DNA of 64,000 bases, taken from NCBI GenBank assembly GCA_025603075.1, contig MU626279.1, positions 112,543-176,542 of the forward strand. Direction: 5' to 3'. This DNA is from Neoconidiobolus thromboides FSU 785. Taxonomy: Eukaryota > Fungi > Entomophthoromycota. Made by a program: the position numbers and the translations under genes. The notes beneath the pieces are model-generated. The model did not search any database. It worked only from the letters and a program-made list of their open reading frames with translations, and was not told where the DNA came from. Below are positions 14,233-27,974 of the stretch, piece after piece; within the stretch, counting starts at the first letter, position 1; every line of letters begins with the position of its first letter.

Positions 14233-15775
14233 TTTATTTTAATTTTTAAAAAATAAGAAATTAAATTATTGAATTTTGTTGAAGACTTGGTTGGTGATGG
14301 TGAATTCATGTTTGAAAATTAAAATCAAGGGTTTTATTGGTGGGTCAAATTGATGGTCGGAAAGCTTGGAAACTGAAATTATGTGGTAATCAGTGAATTA
14401 AAAAAATTAGTTGTTAGATTTGAATAGAAAATGTTTAAGGCTGAACAGGTTATTGTATAGGAATGGAGAATGGGCTAAATGTTTAGTTAGAGTATTAATA
14501 GCCACATGTAATTAAGTTTTCAAAGCTTCACCTTGCATTAAGACCATCAAAATGTAAAAGCATTAATACTCGTTTATGCCAATCTATTCTTTGTTAAATA
14601 ATTAGAATAAAACTTGAAATTTATTTTAAGTTCTTAAGAAAATATATCATTTATTGAGCTACTATAAGGCTTTTAATATTTGAAATTCATTTCGGAATTG
14701 TTTATAAACTCAAAAATAATATTAAATTGATAATGTTTTTTTCTAATATTATTACACAATAACATTAGAATAAAACATATTTTTGGTAATGATAAAGTTG
14801 TTGATTGAGTGGAGTTTATATGCTATCAAAATAAAATTAAAAGTAAAGTAAAGAATAGATGATATTAGTTTTAAACTTACAATTTAAAATTGACAGTTCA
14901 ATTTTTCTAATGATCTTTATCCTTGTGTGTTATTTAAATTAGGCGGTACTTTCAATATCAAAAACTTGTTTATTTTATTTATTTTTAAAAAGAGTATAAT
15001 CTTTTTTACTAATATGTAAGTTATTCATTTTAGAATAAAATATAAATTCAAAGGCTTTCTAAATAAAATTTATTATTAAATGAGTAAAAAGAGTGATTAA
15101 ATATTATATAAAGTGTACGAAACAAGCTACAGGATATACAATCTGTTACATTAAATTTAATTTAAACACTTTTAAATAAGGTGAAACTTGTTTATTTAGT
15201 TTGTAAATAATGGAAGGTGGAGTTTGAATAAAATTTTAAAATTTATTAATAGTAACAAACTATTTATAGAATGTGAATCAATAGATTAGAATATTCAGAA
15301 CCCAAAGAATAATATTAGAAAAAGTAAACTAATTAATTAAATATTTATAATTAGCATTCAAACAATTTGAAATATTTATAATTGTTAAAATTTAATATAA
15401 ACATAAATCTTTAATATTTAATATAGTACATGTTGCTGAATTTAATATTCAAAAAGCTGGAGATTTATCTAGATTTCGATCCAGTCTACAGCTCATTATT
15501 TCATTGGGGAAGAAAAGATAGTTAATTTATTACAACAAAGAAATGGACTCTCATTGGTTCCAAAAAACGTTAAAATCACTTATATGGAAATTATTTAAAG
15601 TATGTTCCAATCAAACAAATATAAACGAAGGCTAATTTTTTCCAAAAAGCTACTAAAAATAGGGGCTACAATAATTTTAAATGTCTTTTATTACTATTTT
15701 GAATGAAAATTAATAGAAACCCATTTTAATTAATTATCTCACTTATTCTATCTCTACTACCTACTCCAATTTATA

Positions 15776-18270
15776 ATGGATAAACTAAATAAACCAAACC
15801 AAGATAAACATTTGACTTTTTTATCCATATCAAACTCAGAACCTACCTATTTATTTACAACGGAACAGTATAAAGCTTCTCCATCCACTTTAGATAATCG
15901 TAGTTTATCAAGTGATGATAGTAAAATTATGCCAATAAGAAGTGTACCATCATCATCTAGTTTGGCTTCTACATTATCTGCATCAAGGTATTCAATGAAT
16001 AATAAAAGTCTTAATAAACGACATTCTATGTATCATTTTAAAGCTGCACCCGAAGAAAAGTTTCAAGGCATAATTAAAGATATCGAAAAATTAAGGCTGG
16101 ATTTACCAAGGTTAAGTTTTGAAACAGATAGTGATAGTGATATTCAATCTTTGCAAGATCAATCATTCACAGTAGATGACCTTACAGATGTAAGTTCAGT
16201 AGCAACTAGTGAAATTAGAAGGTCAACAGACTCTTTGACACCTTCGGAACATGAAATGTTAAAGAATGAAGTTAAAGCAGAGGCTAACTGCCAAAAAGCA
16301 ATGAACAATGAAAAATCATCAAGTTCTAGTAGTCTTAAGGGTAAATCAAGCCCACTTGTTACTTCTCCTCCTATAACAGCGTTACAACTTAATGGTCCAC
16401 CTAATGTCAAACCTATTCCACCTAACGAAATGCAGGATCCTAAAGAATACTTACATTATTTGGAAAATACATTTAATAGAAATCAACTTGGTTCTTTATT
16501 ATCTAAAAAGTAAGTGGAAATAAGAAAAATTAAGAGATCTATATTAATATTTTAATCAAATTTAGAGATGAATTTCATAGTAAAGTACTGGATACTTTTA
16601 TGGAAGATTTAGATTTTAAAGATCAATCAATTGATATGGCCTTAAGGTAACTATAGATTATTTAAACTAACTATAATTTATACTAATATATTGATTAGGA
16701 ATTTATTAAGTGTATTACATTTACCTAAAGAAGCACAACAAATCGATCGAATTATTTCTGTATTTTCTAAAAGATATTATGAAGTCAATAAGGAATTATT
16801 TGCTTCTCCAGGTAATTTTGTTTTTGTTACTGGTCTATCTAATTTTACTTATTATTTTATAGATCTTGTATATACCTTATCATTCTCATTGCTATTGTTA
16901 CATACCGATGCACATAATAAATTAGTGAAGCATAAAATGAGTAAAGAGGAGTACATTAAACAAACTAGACAATTAGATAATGGAAGTACTGTTCCTAGAG
17001 AAGTGTTGGAAGTAAAAAAATTTTATAATATTTTTTTTATAAATTTATTTATCAATTAGATTCTTTATGATAATGTAACAAATGTCGAATTTTTTATTGA
17101 TGATGATGATACTAGATCTGTTCGTTCGCTAAATATTTCTGGTAAAAGTGGGAAGCGTTCTTGGTTAAAGAAAATTCATGATTCAAATAAACTAAATTGG
17201 TCGAAAGGTTCTCAAGTAATTGTCAATCAGGTAAGTATATTTTTAATAGCAATAAGAATAATTTAAATTAAATTAAATTAAATTAAAATTAGGTGCATGC
17301 AGCTGTAAAAGTAGCAAGCATATTGGGATCCATAGTGCCAGAAAGGTCACCATACACTTATCGTAGTTCCCAAAACGTATTTAGTGATGCTTTAATAAAA
17401 AATCCATTCAAAATTAAAGTTCGAGGTATTCAACCGCATTTCCAACATAAAGTAAAAGCAAGGCCAGTCTCCGGATTCTCAATACAATATTTGGATGAAA
17501 GTGCAGATATCTCCGAATTACAATGTCTTAAAGAAGGTTTGTTATTACGTAAATCAGATTTAAATGAAGCTGGTCATAAAACTCATTTAAGATCATGGCG
17601 TGAATTTTGGGTGGTATTAGCTGGATCTCAATTGGTACTATTTAAAGAAGTATCCACTATGCGTACACGTAGTGAACATTTAGATTCTACTTCACCTGCA
17701 CCTCAACCTTATTCTATTACTTCTGTGGCTAACTCGATTGTTGTTTTGGATAGGGAATATACCAAACATCCTCATGTGTTCCGATTCGTTACAAGCGATG
17801 GAAGACAATACCTTTTTAGATGTGAATCGAAAGGTGATATGACTGAATGGATGACTAAAATTAATTTTACCGCTGCCTTTAAATCAGCCAATGTACTTCC
17901 ACGTGGAGTATCAAGCAAAGCATTCAACATGTGGAAAAAATCCTTACCACAATTAGATTCATTTGACTTTGAAGATAACAATGATGAAGAGTTAAGAAGC
18001 AAAGTGATAAAAGAAAATGTAAGCTTACTTGATAAGCAGATTCAAAATATCCAAGAGCGAATTGATGGGGATCTTTTATTATTGAAACAAATGGGAATTA
18101 TGGTAGCCTTTACTAAATCTACTAAAGAAAGAGCTAAGGGAGCAGGCCATAATATTCAATTTCGACTTAAGTCTTATTATTTGGAACTTCAAAAAGCACA
18201 ATGTTATAAAGAAATATTGGAAAGAGATTTATCACTTTCACCCTCTAATACCATGATTGATCGTGAATAA
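15776..18270 (+). CDS. Sec7-domain + PH-domain Arf GEF (Syt1-like), spliced
   Basis: [21 protein letters not shown] Sec7 glutamate-finger motif, [18 protein letters not shown]; PH domain KEGLLLRK...WREFWVVL...HVFRFVT. Confidence 0.88.
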
Positions 18271-18471
18271 TAATCCGCTAATTTTACTTCTTTTAGTAGC
18301 TTTATAGCTTCATTCTATACTGTAATTTATCTATAATCCACTTTTTTTATTAAATTAATTTTTCAATCAGTTATTTTTCTTTATTACTTTCACTATTATC
18401 ATATAAAACAAAACAAAATAAAATTTAATAAGGTTATAAAAGCTTTTAACAATAACAATAATTTTTTTATT

Positions 18472-19342
18472 TTATTCTGAACGTTCTTCTCCCATTTCAC
18501 TATGTTCAACCTTCTTAAATCTATTTTTGGCCTTTTCTTGAAACTCTTTGTTCATTTCAGTATATTGAAGACGGAATACGGTAGCTGAGGAATGGGTATG
18601 GAAACCAAAAATTTTAGGTTGATATTGCTCAAAAGGCGATTTACGGGGTATAAAAGTAGGGTAAGATAAAAAGAAAAAGGGAGCGAAAGTGGTACCAAAG
18701 ATAGCTCCATCTAGACTAGCATGTCTTGTTGACTTTGGCAAATAGATATCTTCACATTTTGGACAATATAAACGTGCCCTAGATTCTCCAAAAGTATCAC
18801 TTTGACCCATTGGTAAAACAAAAGTACCTCGACAAAGTACTCGTGGGCATCTTCCAAACTCACCACTACGGTATTTATCAGACTGAAGTTTATTAATTTC
18901 TTTGAATTTATTAGCATTATTATAGCTTACCATTTTCATTAAACCTCTAGCAGTTATTATGTATCTAGCATGAATTAAACCATATAGTTTAGCAGCTGCT
19001 TCTCCAACTGCTTCTCTAATTGATTCCGAAACTGGTTCTATATAGAAATAAATATAAATATAAGCATTATAATTAAAAATAAGCATAAAAATTATACCAA
19101 ATCTATCTGTAATAAGGTCTACAGCATGGGAAAAATAAGGAACAAGAGAAGACAAGCCAGTCAAATTAAATCTATCTAAGATAAAGTCTTCGTCTACTTC
19201 ACATAAATAGTCGTTTCCTTTATTTTGAAGAAACCATTCTATCCAATACATGTTCATGTCTTCATCCGAGTTGTAGTCATTCACTGAGCAAAAAAATTAG
19301 ATAAATCAATAGGACAATAGATCTAGGTATCAATGAATTACT
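18472..19342 (-). CDS. CKB: Casein kinase II regulatory beta subunit
   Basis: WIEWF...LCEVDEDFILDRFNLTGL, LYGLIHARYI, CPRVLC..CPKC zinc finger, LDGAIFGTTF, PKIFGF. The ORF track reads through introns. Confidence 0.95.
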
Positions 19343-19520
19343 CTTGAATTATAATTAAATTATAAAAGTTCAATAGAATTTAAAATGAATAAAATTGTAC
19401 TTCAAATTTTTTAGTGAATTTATTTTTTTCTGCTTCATTCTGAGGCCAAACTCTACAAATAGTTAAATTAAAATTACAAAATAAAAGTTATTATATATTA
19501 TTTTAAATTAATAATAATAA

Positions 19521-19602
19521 GGCACCTTGGCGGAGTGGTTAACGCGGAGCCCTGCTAAGGCTTTTCCCTTTGGGAGCGCAGGTTCGAATCCTGTGGGTGT
19601 CG
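19521..19602 (+). tRNA. tRNA-Ser(GCT)
   Basis: Acceptor GGCACCT/GGGTGTC with discriminator G; anticodon arm GAGCC-CTGCTAA-GGCTT; long variable arm CCC-TTT-GGG; GGTTCGAATCC T-arm. Confidence 0.97.
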
Positions 19603-19607
19603 TATAG

Positions 19608-19615
19608 TTTTTTTT
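19608..19615 (+). terminator. Pol III poly-T terminator of tRNA-Ser
   Basis: T8 run 6 nt after the tRNA 3' end. Confidence 0.6.
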
Positions 19616-19714
19616 AGCTACAAATAATCAGTTGAAATAGGTTTTGTATTTTTATTTATCGAAAGTTATAGAACAGGAATTATTATATGAAGACGTAGTA
19701 GTCTAATAGTTTTA

Positions 19715-20700
19715 TTATAATTTAACTTGAAGTCCATTTTTATCTCCAGGTTCATTGAAATCAACATGTAAGTTTACAAACTTAAGAATCTCTGCTTTAT
19801 AGATCGCTTTTGTGGGTATGAAATGACTAATAGAAAATAAAATGTATTCATAATAAAGATGATAAGAATTACCCTCCCTCATGAGTTAATAGAGTGGCGT
19901 TATCATATCTTTCTTTTAATTTTAGTGAGTTTGCTACATAAGATTAGTAACTATTTGTATAAAAAAAGAAACTATTACCTGGTAAAACCAAGTCATCTCT
20001 TTCGCCAATAATAAACAACGAAGGGATGGTTGAGTTTTTTTTATAATAGTCTAATACCCTTTCATCTCTTGGAAGGAAACCAGAGACAATAATATTAAAC
20101 TTAAATAAATTTATACTATTATATTTTTGTTTAATTTCCTCAATATCTTCTTCAATCATTTTGGATATTATACTAGCCATTATTCCTCCTAATTTGCTGT
20201 TTAATTCTATTTTTTAACTTTTGTTTTTCTATTTTACCTTGTGAAAAACCCAATATACCGTCAAATGGACCCTGTTTCTATTATTAAAAATGTTAAAAGT
20301 AAACTATATAAACATTACGTTTTCGTTTATAAACTTTAATAAATAATCCACCGACTCGTCTAGCCCGTCATAAACATTACTATTTCTTATAAACCAAGCT
20401 AATTGCTTTTCATTTTCTTTAAATTTATATTAGTTGATTGTTTTCTAGATCTGTTTTATCTTTTATTTACCATCTCCTATACTGTTACCACTATATTTTT
20501 TTATTTCTTCTTTATCCGTCAACTCGAAAGGAGCATCAATAAACTCTAACTTTATTAATAAGCTATTCTGGACTAAATTTTAACTACTTACGAAACTCAC
20601 AGTGATTTTTTAAACTTTTTCTCAAAGCCCCGCATTTTTTTTCAAATACATTCTTGTTTTGTGTATAGCCATGTAACATCAATAATCTTAATTTACTCAT
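19715..20700 (-). CDS. FSH1: FSH1/OVCA2-family serine hydrolase, multi-exon
   Basis: MSKLRLLMLHGYTQNKNVFEKKCGALRK, GILGFSQG nucleophile elbow, PSLFIIGERDDLV, HFIP. Confidence 0.88.
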
Positions 20701-21228
20701 TGTTTTAATGTATTGATTTATATAAAGAACTTTTTAGAAGATTGTGATAAAACCTTTACTTTATTAGAATTTTGGCTTTTATTTGTGCATTATTAATCAT
20801 AATTATATTCTATTACTAATTATAATTTATTAATACAATTTCGGCTTTAGTAAGGGTAGTTTTAACATACTACAAAGAAAGTATATTACTTTATTGATAT
20901 CTGATTCTATAACGTATAGCAGTTTAATATATAATACATAGCAACCTAAAATTTATTTAGTATTAGTAATAATTTAATATATTAAATTAATTAATTAGTT
21001 AATTTACTACAATTTATAAATTGTAAGTTCCAAAAAGAACTCAAAATAACGGCAAAAGCCAATAAAATAGCATGATGAAGTCAATAAAGAATACTAATAA
21101 AATTAGTAAATAAAACTCCATTATTTCATTTTTACTTGAAGTTTTTTAATTTAAATAATCTTTATCTTAAAATTTTAGAAGTTTAAAGAATTACATTGAA
21201 ATTAGCGTTAAAATCTATTTATTAATCT

Positions 21229-23882
21229 ATGGAAGAACAATTGGAAGTGGTTTATGCTATTCACGAGTTTGATGCTAGTGTTGAAGATGAAATCTCTTTA
21301 ATTGCAGGTGAAAAGATTTGGGTCATTGAAAAGGACGAGTTATATAACGATGGTTGGTGGCAGGTAACTATTTTTATGTTATTTTCTAACTTAGAAAATT
21401 GGTTTTTTTATTAATTTCTCGTTATTAACCAATTTTAGGGTAAAAATAGCCGGGGAGAAGTCGGACTATTTCCGATGAACTTTATTTCTTATAAAGACCC
21501 AAACCAAAATAATCCCGGTGTTGATCGATATGCTAATTTATTGCTCGAAAATGAAGGTAATTTAAAAAACATACTTATTGTTATTCTAAAGTATTAATTT
21601 GTACAAAAAGAACAAGCGAGCAATAATAAAAAAGAATATAGCAAATTAGGTGGCAGATTAAGTGATCCTATTAATGAAGACGCAAAAAGAGATTCATTTC
21701 AAAATTTCATTCAAGAAGAAGGACTTAGTCATTATGATTCAAGAGAAGGAAGTAATTATTCGCCATTAGCACCAGCCTTGATACTAAATAATGCAACTAA
21801 TAATAACGACACAAATAACAATCATAATAATATAGAATTGAATAACAATAATGATAATTTGATAAGACATAATTCTACTAAAGTGAGATCCAATCAAAAC
21901 ATAACTGATAATGAAGGTCATAAACGTACTTTCACTTCAAATAATCCTTTAACCCCAAATCGCTCCTCGTTTCGTAATTCTGTTCGCTTATCTCATATTG
22001 ATGATGTCCACACTGACCCTTCCCAATCTCATCCGAAATTGTGGTCTAATAATGAAGTATGTGATTGGTTGGAAAGGGCTGGATTTCAAAGTGTTATTAG
22101 TTTATTTAAAGGTAACAACAATACAACAGAGTCATGGTATCATAGTATTAATATTAAATATTATTTAGAACATGAGATAACGGGAAAAGAATTGACAGAG
22201 TTAGATTTGAATACATTAAAAGATATTGGGATATTGGCCTTTGGAAAAAGATTCAACCTAAATAACTCAATCAACTCACTCAAAGTGAAGTATAACATTA
22301 CATCACTTAATCATTCAGATTCAACCAAAAATAACATGGACCACGTTTACAATATGTATTCTGGAGATTCTAATCTAACTTCCCCTATTAAATCTGATAT
22401 TAGTCAAAATAATAATGTAACAGAACAAGTAATTTTAATATAATTTAGGTTATTTAAGATAAATATTTATAACGAGCTATTAGATAAACAAAGATAGAGA
22501 TATCTATCCAGTTGAAGAAAGAAAACCTACCAATTTGGAATCAAGTTTAAAAAATTTAAATTTAAATAATAATATTGAAAATCCGAACAGTCATAGTCAT
22601 ATTGAAAAATGGTTACAGCAAACACCTGATTTTGATTATGATCATGATTTATTAAAGGTAAGATATCTTGTTTAGTAATGATGATATATTTTAACCAATT
22701 AACTAATTAGGAAGCTGGTATTTCTTCACCCTCTGACTTACAAAGTATACTTTCAGGAAAATCAAAAGACAAAGAAAAGGAACAAGAAGAATCAGGCTCA
22801 GAGTCAAATGAATCTTCAAACGAAGAAGAGCAAGAAGAATCCAATTATAATGAAATATCACCCGCCGTATCATCCAAATCACCAACTTTACCCAATAATG
22901 CGTTACATAACAACTCATTAGAATATAAATTCCCTGCTTTCATCCCAAAAACTGATAACCAATTAAAGAAACAGGTATCCTTTTCCCAAAATTTACCAGA
23001 AGTAAGATTGAATTCAATGGATAGACATTTATTTATTTATTTATTTTACAGGTTATTGGTACAAGTGAAATAGTAGAATCTGACAATGAATCTGAGGATG
23101 AGAATCAAATGTCACTTACTAAAGTAATTTATTATTGTTTTATAATTTTTATAATATAATTAACATATAACAGAAAGCTTCATTATCTGCATCAAAATTG
23201 TTTAATAATGAAAAAAGGTAAAGATATAACAGTAATTTAATAAAAAATAGCTAATACAATTAAATAGGAAAGTACCACCATCAAATAAAGCTAAAAATGG
23301 TATTGATAATAATAATAATGACCATACCTTTAATATAGAAAATAACAAAAGCTATACAGTGGAACCGGATACCACAAATAACTATATAAGTAATGGTGAT
23401 GACAGTACGATAACGGTACAAGGTAGTTTAAAGAAACAAGAGGGAGCGATCAAGCTATGGAAGAGTCGTTATTGTGTATTAAATGGGACAGATTTAAAGA
23501 TTTATGATACATTTAAGTTAAAGAAATTGAAATTAAGTATAAATTTAAAGGGTTATAAACCAGTTTTAGACCCAAATCTTAATCCTGGAAAATATTGTTT
23601 TAAGCTAGTGCATCAACATAATAAATCACATTATTTTTGCTCGGATGAAGCTGAGGAAATAAGAGCTTGGATGAAAGCTCTCATGAAAATTTCAATTGAT
23701 AGGGATACAAATGGTAATAAGTTTTATTACATTATTAAATCTGTATTTAGTGCTTATCATTTACCATAGCTCCAGTAGTCACATCATGTACTGTTAACAC
23801 AGTACCTCTACACGTAGCACGTAAATTAGCTCCAAGGCCACCATCAGCAATGTACTCAAATGGTGAAGAAGAAGAAGATTAA
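21229..23882 (+). CDS. SH3-SAM-PH polarity scaffold (Boi1/Boi2/Pob1-like)
   Basis: SH3 (VYAIHEFDA...DGWWQ/GKN..GLFPMNF), SAM (WSNNEVCDWL...HEITGKELTELDL), PH (QGSLKKQ...WKSRY...WMKALMK) and a conserved PVVTS..TVPL..AR tail. Confidence 0.9.
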
Positions 23883-24336
23883 GCTATAAGATTATTATTA
23901 TATAAAAAAGGATCGCATTTTAATATTCTTAATAACTAACCTAGTTATATATATTTTTATATTATATATAAAAAAGACATTTAATATTAATTTGTTTTAA
24001 TGAGTCTCTTTTTTTCGCTATTTTATTTTATGGTTTTATTTTATGCCTAGAAAATAACCTCCCTCTCTCCTCTACTTGTCTCTCTCTTATTTTTAGCTTA
24101 GTAATTTTAATCTATTTTCCTATTCTTTTCTATAAAGTAAATAGTTTCTATTTTATAACTTATTCCAACTTTTAATTTAAGATAAAAATTAAATTGAAAC
24201 ATTTGTCTAAAAACTAGTCAATTAAAAGCAAATTTTAAGCTCCACTAATAAAACTCATTTAAAAGCCACATTTAAAAATAAAGTGAAAGATTTTATCATA
24301 GCTATAATAATATAATACAATAATAATAATAATAAA

Positions 24337-26123
24337 ATGGGTTTTTGGACTAAAAAGATGTATTCAAGCCCTGGCAAACTAAAATATGAGAATCAAAGCC
24401 CTTTGTTTCTGCTAGGCAGTTCGCAGTCAAACAGCTTGATTTTAAAACAGAGTGAAGAGGCTCAGAAGGTGAAAGAAACAGAATTAGGGTAAGAGATTAA
24501 TTTTTATTTTTGATTAAATAAGTGAGAAGGTATTTTTTTTTATAGTAGGAAGGACATAGACACCAGGACAGGAAAACTTGATAGTAAGGGGATGAATAAT
24601 AAAGAAAAAGTAGGATTAGAAACAATAGAAGATAAAAAAGAGAAAAATGAAGACGAAAAACCTAAAGTAAATACTAACGAAGAAAAGAGAGGAAATGAGA
24701 TAAATAGAAGTGAAGAGAATGAAGGTAAATTATATTTCACTTTTAATCTATCAATTTAAAAAATGAAATAGATATACCAACCAAAGAAAGGATGAAATTA
24801 AAGAAAATAAAATCATTATTAAAAGATAGTCAACTAGATTTAGGTATTCGTTTTATTAGTGAATATATTTATGAATAACAATTTACAAAAGCGGAATTGA
24901 AAAAATTAACATGGGGTGGGATACCTTCAGAACATCGAAGTTTGATATGGAAGATACTAATGGGATATGCACCAACGTTAATTGAGCGTCGACAAGAAAC
25001 AATTAATAGGAAGAGAAAAGAATATTTTGATTATAGAAAGAGAATATTTATCAAACATAATGAGATCAATGAGATCAATGAGATGCACCTGGATGTTGAA
25101 TTATGGCATCAAATTCAAATTGATGTCCCTAGAACCTGTCCTGAATCCGAGCTTATTCAAGATAAAGTAATACAAAAAGTAAGAATTAATGCTTAGGTGT
25201 TTTTATTTGTTTTAATCACTGTTATTAGTTATTAGAAAGATTACTTTATATATGGTCCACTCGACATCCAGCATCAGGTTATGTTCAAGGGATCAATGAT
25301 TTAGCCACCCCATTTATTATGGTTTTTATAGCAGATTATTTTAAAAATGGTATTGTTAGTAGTAGGCAACATGATATATATTAACAATTTTAGGTAAAAA
25401 AATCCAACCTGAAAGTTTAACTCAAGTACAGCTGGATGAAGTTGAAAGTGACGTATTTTGGTGTTTAAGTAAACTTTTGGATGGCATTCAAGTAAGTTCA
25501 ATAGTGACTTCAAGATAAACTGGCTTTATTTATTTTGTTTTTAGGATAATTTTACATCAGCTCAACGTGGTATTCAACGCCAGTTAGCCTTGTTGAAATA
25601 TTTATTAATAAAAATTGATGGTAAAATAAATAACTGCCTATATTTTTTAACACTTGAAGTAATAAAGTATTGTATTTTAGTAAAACTAGCAAATCATCTT
25701 CAGAATGAACAGCTACATTACGTTCAGTTTGCGTTTCGATGGATGAACTGTTTACTGATGAGGGAGTTTCAATTAAATCAGATTATCCGTATCTGGGACA
25801 CTTATTTAGTAAGTAGATAGGTATATTTTAATAGTTCATTATTAATTGACATAGTCCGAAACACCTATTGGGTTTTCCCAGTTTCATGTATATGTTTGTG
25901 CAGCATTATTATCTCATTTTTCGAGTCAATTATTAAAGTTGGACTTTCAAGTAAATTTAAGTTACTATTAAATAGATAAAATTAACTTAGTTATTAGGAA
26001 TTAATTATGTTTTTACAAAATTTACCTACAAAGCAATGGGATACTAAAGAAATTGAAGTGCTCCTCTCCCAAGCTTACCTATGGTGTACTATCTTCAACG
26101 ATGCCCCTAATCATTTAATTTAA
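24337..26123 (+). CDS. GYP1: TBC-domain Rab GAP (Gyp1/TBC1D22-like)
   Basis: WGGIP..RSLIWKILMGY, QIQIDVPRT, HPASGYVQGINDL, FAFRWMNCLLMREF, LSQAYLW. Confidence 0.92.
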
Positions 26124-26268
26124 TTTAATTTTTACTAAAGTTTAATATCGTTATCTATTATGTTTTTAGCTTTTGATTTTATTTAAGAATAAATTGTTAT
26201 TTTGATAAACAACTATAGCTTTAAATTCCTTTAATTTTATTTATTTTTTACTTTTCATCTATAAAAAA

Positions 26269-27716
26269 ATGAAATCGAGAGCTCAGTTTTTAATAAAAAG
26301 TCAATCCTTTCAATATAGTGTAAAAAGCAGCAAACTGCTGGAAAATGGTAACAAACTTTACAATACATAGTACAAATTTAGTTCTAACAATTCTCAGAAA
26401 GCATTCAACGTAGCACACAAAGGATCAAAGGGATGTATGATCTATATGGTCAAGATTATAAATTATATGACTCAATCATATCTCATTGCAAAAAAATAGT
26501 TCAACTATACGGTTATCAGGGTATGAAAACACCAATATTAGAGCATAGCGAGCTTTTCAATCGAGGTTTGGGCCCCACATCTTCCGTGGTCATAGGGAAA
26601 GAACTATACACATTTAAAGATGAAAAAAACTCGATAGATTATACACTACGCCCAGAAGGTACAGCAAGTATTTTGAGGAGTATCAGCCAGAATAACCTAT
26701 TACTGGAGAGTAGTCACAATAATCTAAGGTTTTATTATCATGGTCCTTTCTTTCGTCATGAACGACCTCAGCGTGGTAGGAATAGACAATTTCATCAGTT
26801 TGGAGTAGAGCTTGTTGGACAAGGAGGATACAACTCAGATTTTGAAGTTATTTTGATGGCAGAACAACTATTGAAAGAATTGGATATCAAAAGTGAGCTT
26901 CATATTAATAATTTGGGTGATGAGGTAGATAGAAAGAAGTATATTATTGAGTTGAAAAGATATTTAAGTGATAAAAGAGAAAAGTTGAGCGAATTATCCC
27001 AGCAAAAATTAGATAGAAATCCTATTCGAATTTTTGATTCTAAAGATGAACGGGACCAAAGTATCTTATCAAATGGGCCCCAGTTAAATGAATATTTAAG
27101 TGGCGATAGTAAAGATAGATTCGAATTAATTAAAGAGAAATTGATAAAGTTTAATGTACCTTTTGTATTAAACCCTCATTTAGTTCGTGGTTTAGATTAT
27201 TATCAAAATACAGTGTTTGAGTTTATTTCTAACGCAAGTGTATTAGGTAAATCTCAAGCTACTATTTTAGCAGGTGGGAGATATGATGGATTATTAAACA
27301 AAATCATGAATAATAATAGTCCCACTATTATTCCTAGTATTGGATTTGCATTGGGAGTTGAAAGGATCAGTTTATTATTAAAAGGAAAAAAACTAAAAGA
27401 GAAAGAAAGTGTACTATTAGTTGCTATTCACAAAGAAGCTATAACATTAACGAATCAGATGGCTATAGAGTTAAGGAAAATTGGAATACCTACCGTTGTA
27501 GAAACGAATTTCAATACTAATTTATCAAAACTAACTAAGAAGTATACTAGTCTAAATAATGAGTTCAACAATATTAAGTATTTGTCTTATTTTGGAGAGG
27601 ATGAAGTAAAGAATCAACAGTTTAAATTAAAAAATATTCTTAGTAAAGAACAAAGTTTATTAGACTTTCAAAGTTTTATTGAGTTTATTAAAAAAGATTT
27701 TACTAATAAAGACTGA
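26269..27716 (+). CDS. hisS-like: Histidyl-tRNA synthetase, bacterial/organellar type, probable mitochondrial presequence; one intron at 26348-26397
   Basis: LRPEGTAS, FRHERPQRGRNRQFHQFGVE, NPIRIFDSK, LVRGLDYY, GGRYDGL, IGFALGVER. Splicing joins the ATG at 26269 in frame. Confidence 0.93.
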
Positions 27717-27974
27717 GTTAAAACCAATTTTTGTTTAAGCTTGTGCTATGTTATTTACTCTTTTAATATTAATATTTTATCTTTACTACCATTATGCTAT
27801 TTATTTTAATATCATCATCATTACTTTTTATTGTAAAACAATTCTTCCATTGATTCTGATTTTTTTATAAAATGTTGAAACTTAATTGGCTTACGAAAGA
27901 AAATCAAAAACCGAATTTTAAAAATATCAAAAAATCGAAAGATAAACATAACAGTGTTTATTAAATACATTACA

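Noticed and set aside
14470-14580. 10-bp perfect inverted repeat (gagtattaat...attaatactc) as a possible snoRNA
   Set aside because: Too short to be significant in AT-rich DNA, and no convincing C/D or H/ACA boxes
15340-15600. Coding-like stretches (HVAEFNIQKAGDL; STAHYFIGEEKIV...YMEII*)
   Set aside because: Could not be joined into a consistent spliced frame and no family recognised; may be a small gene or pseudogene
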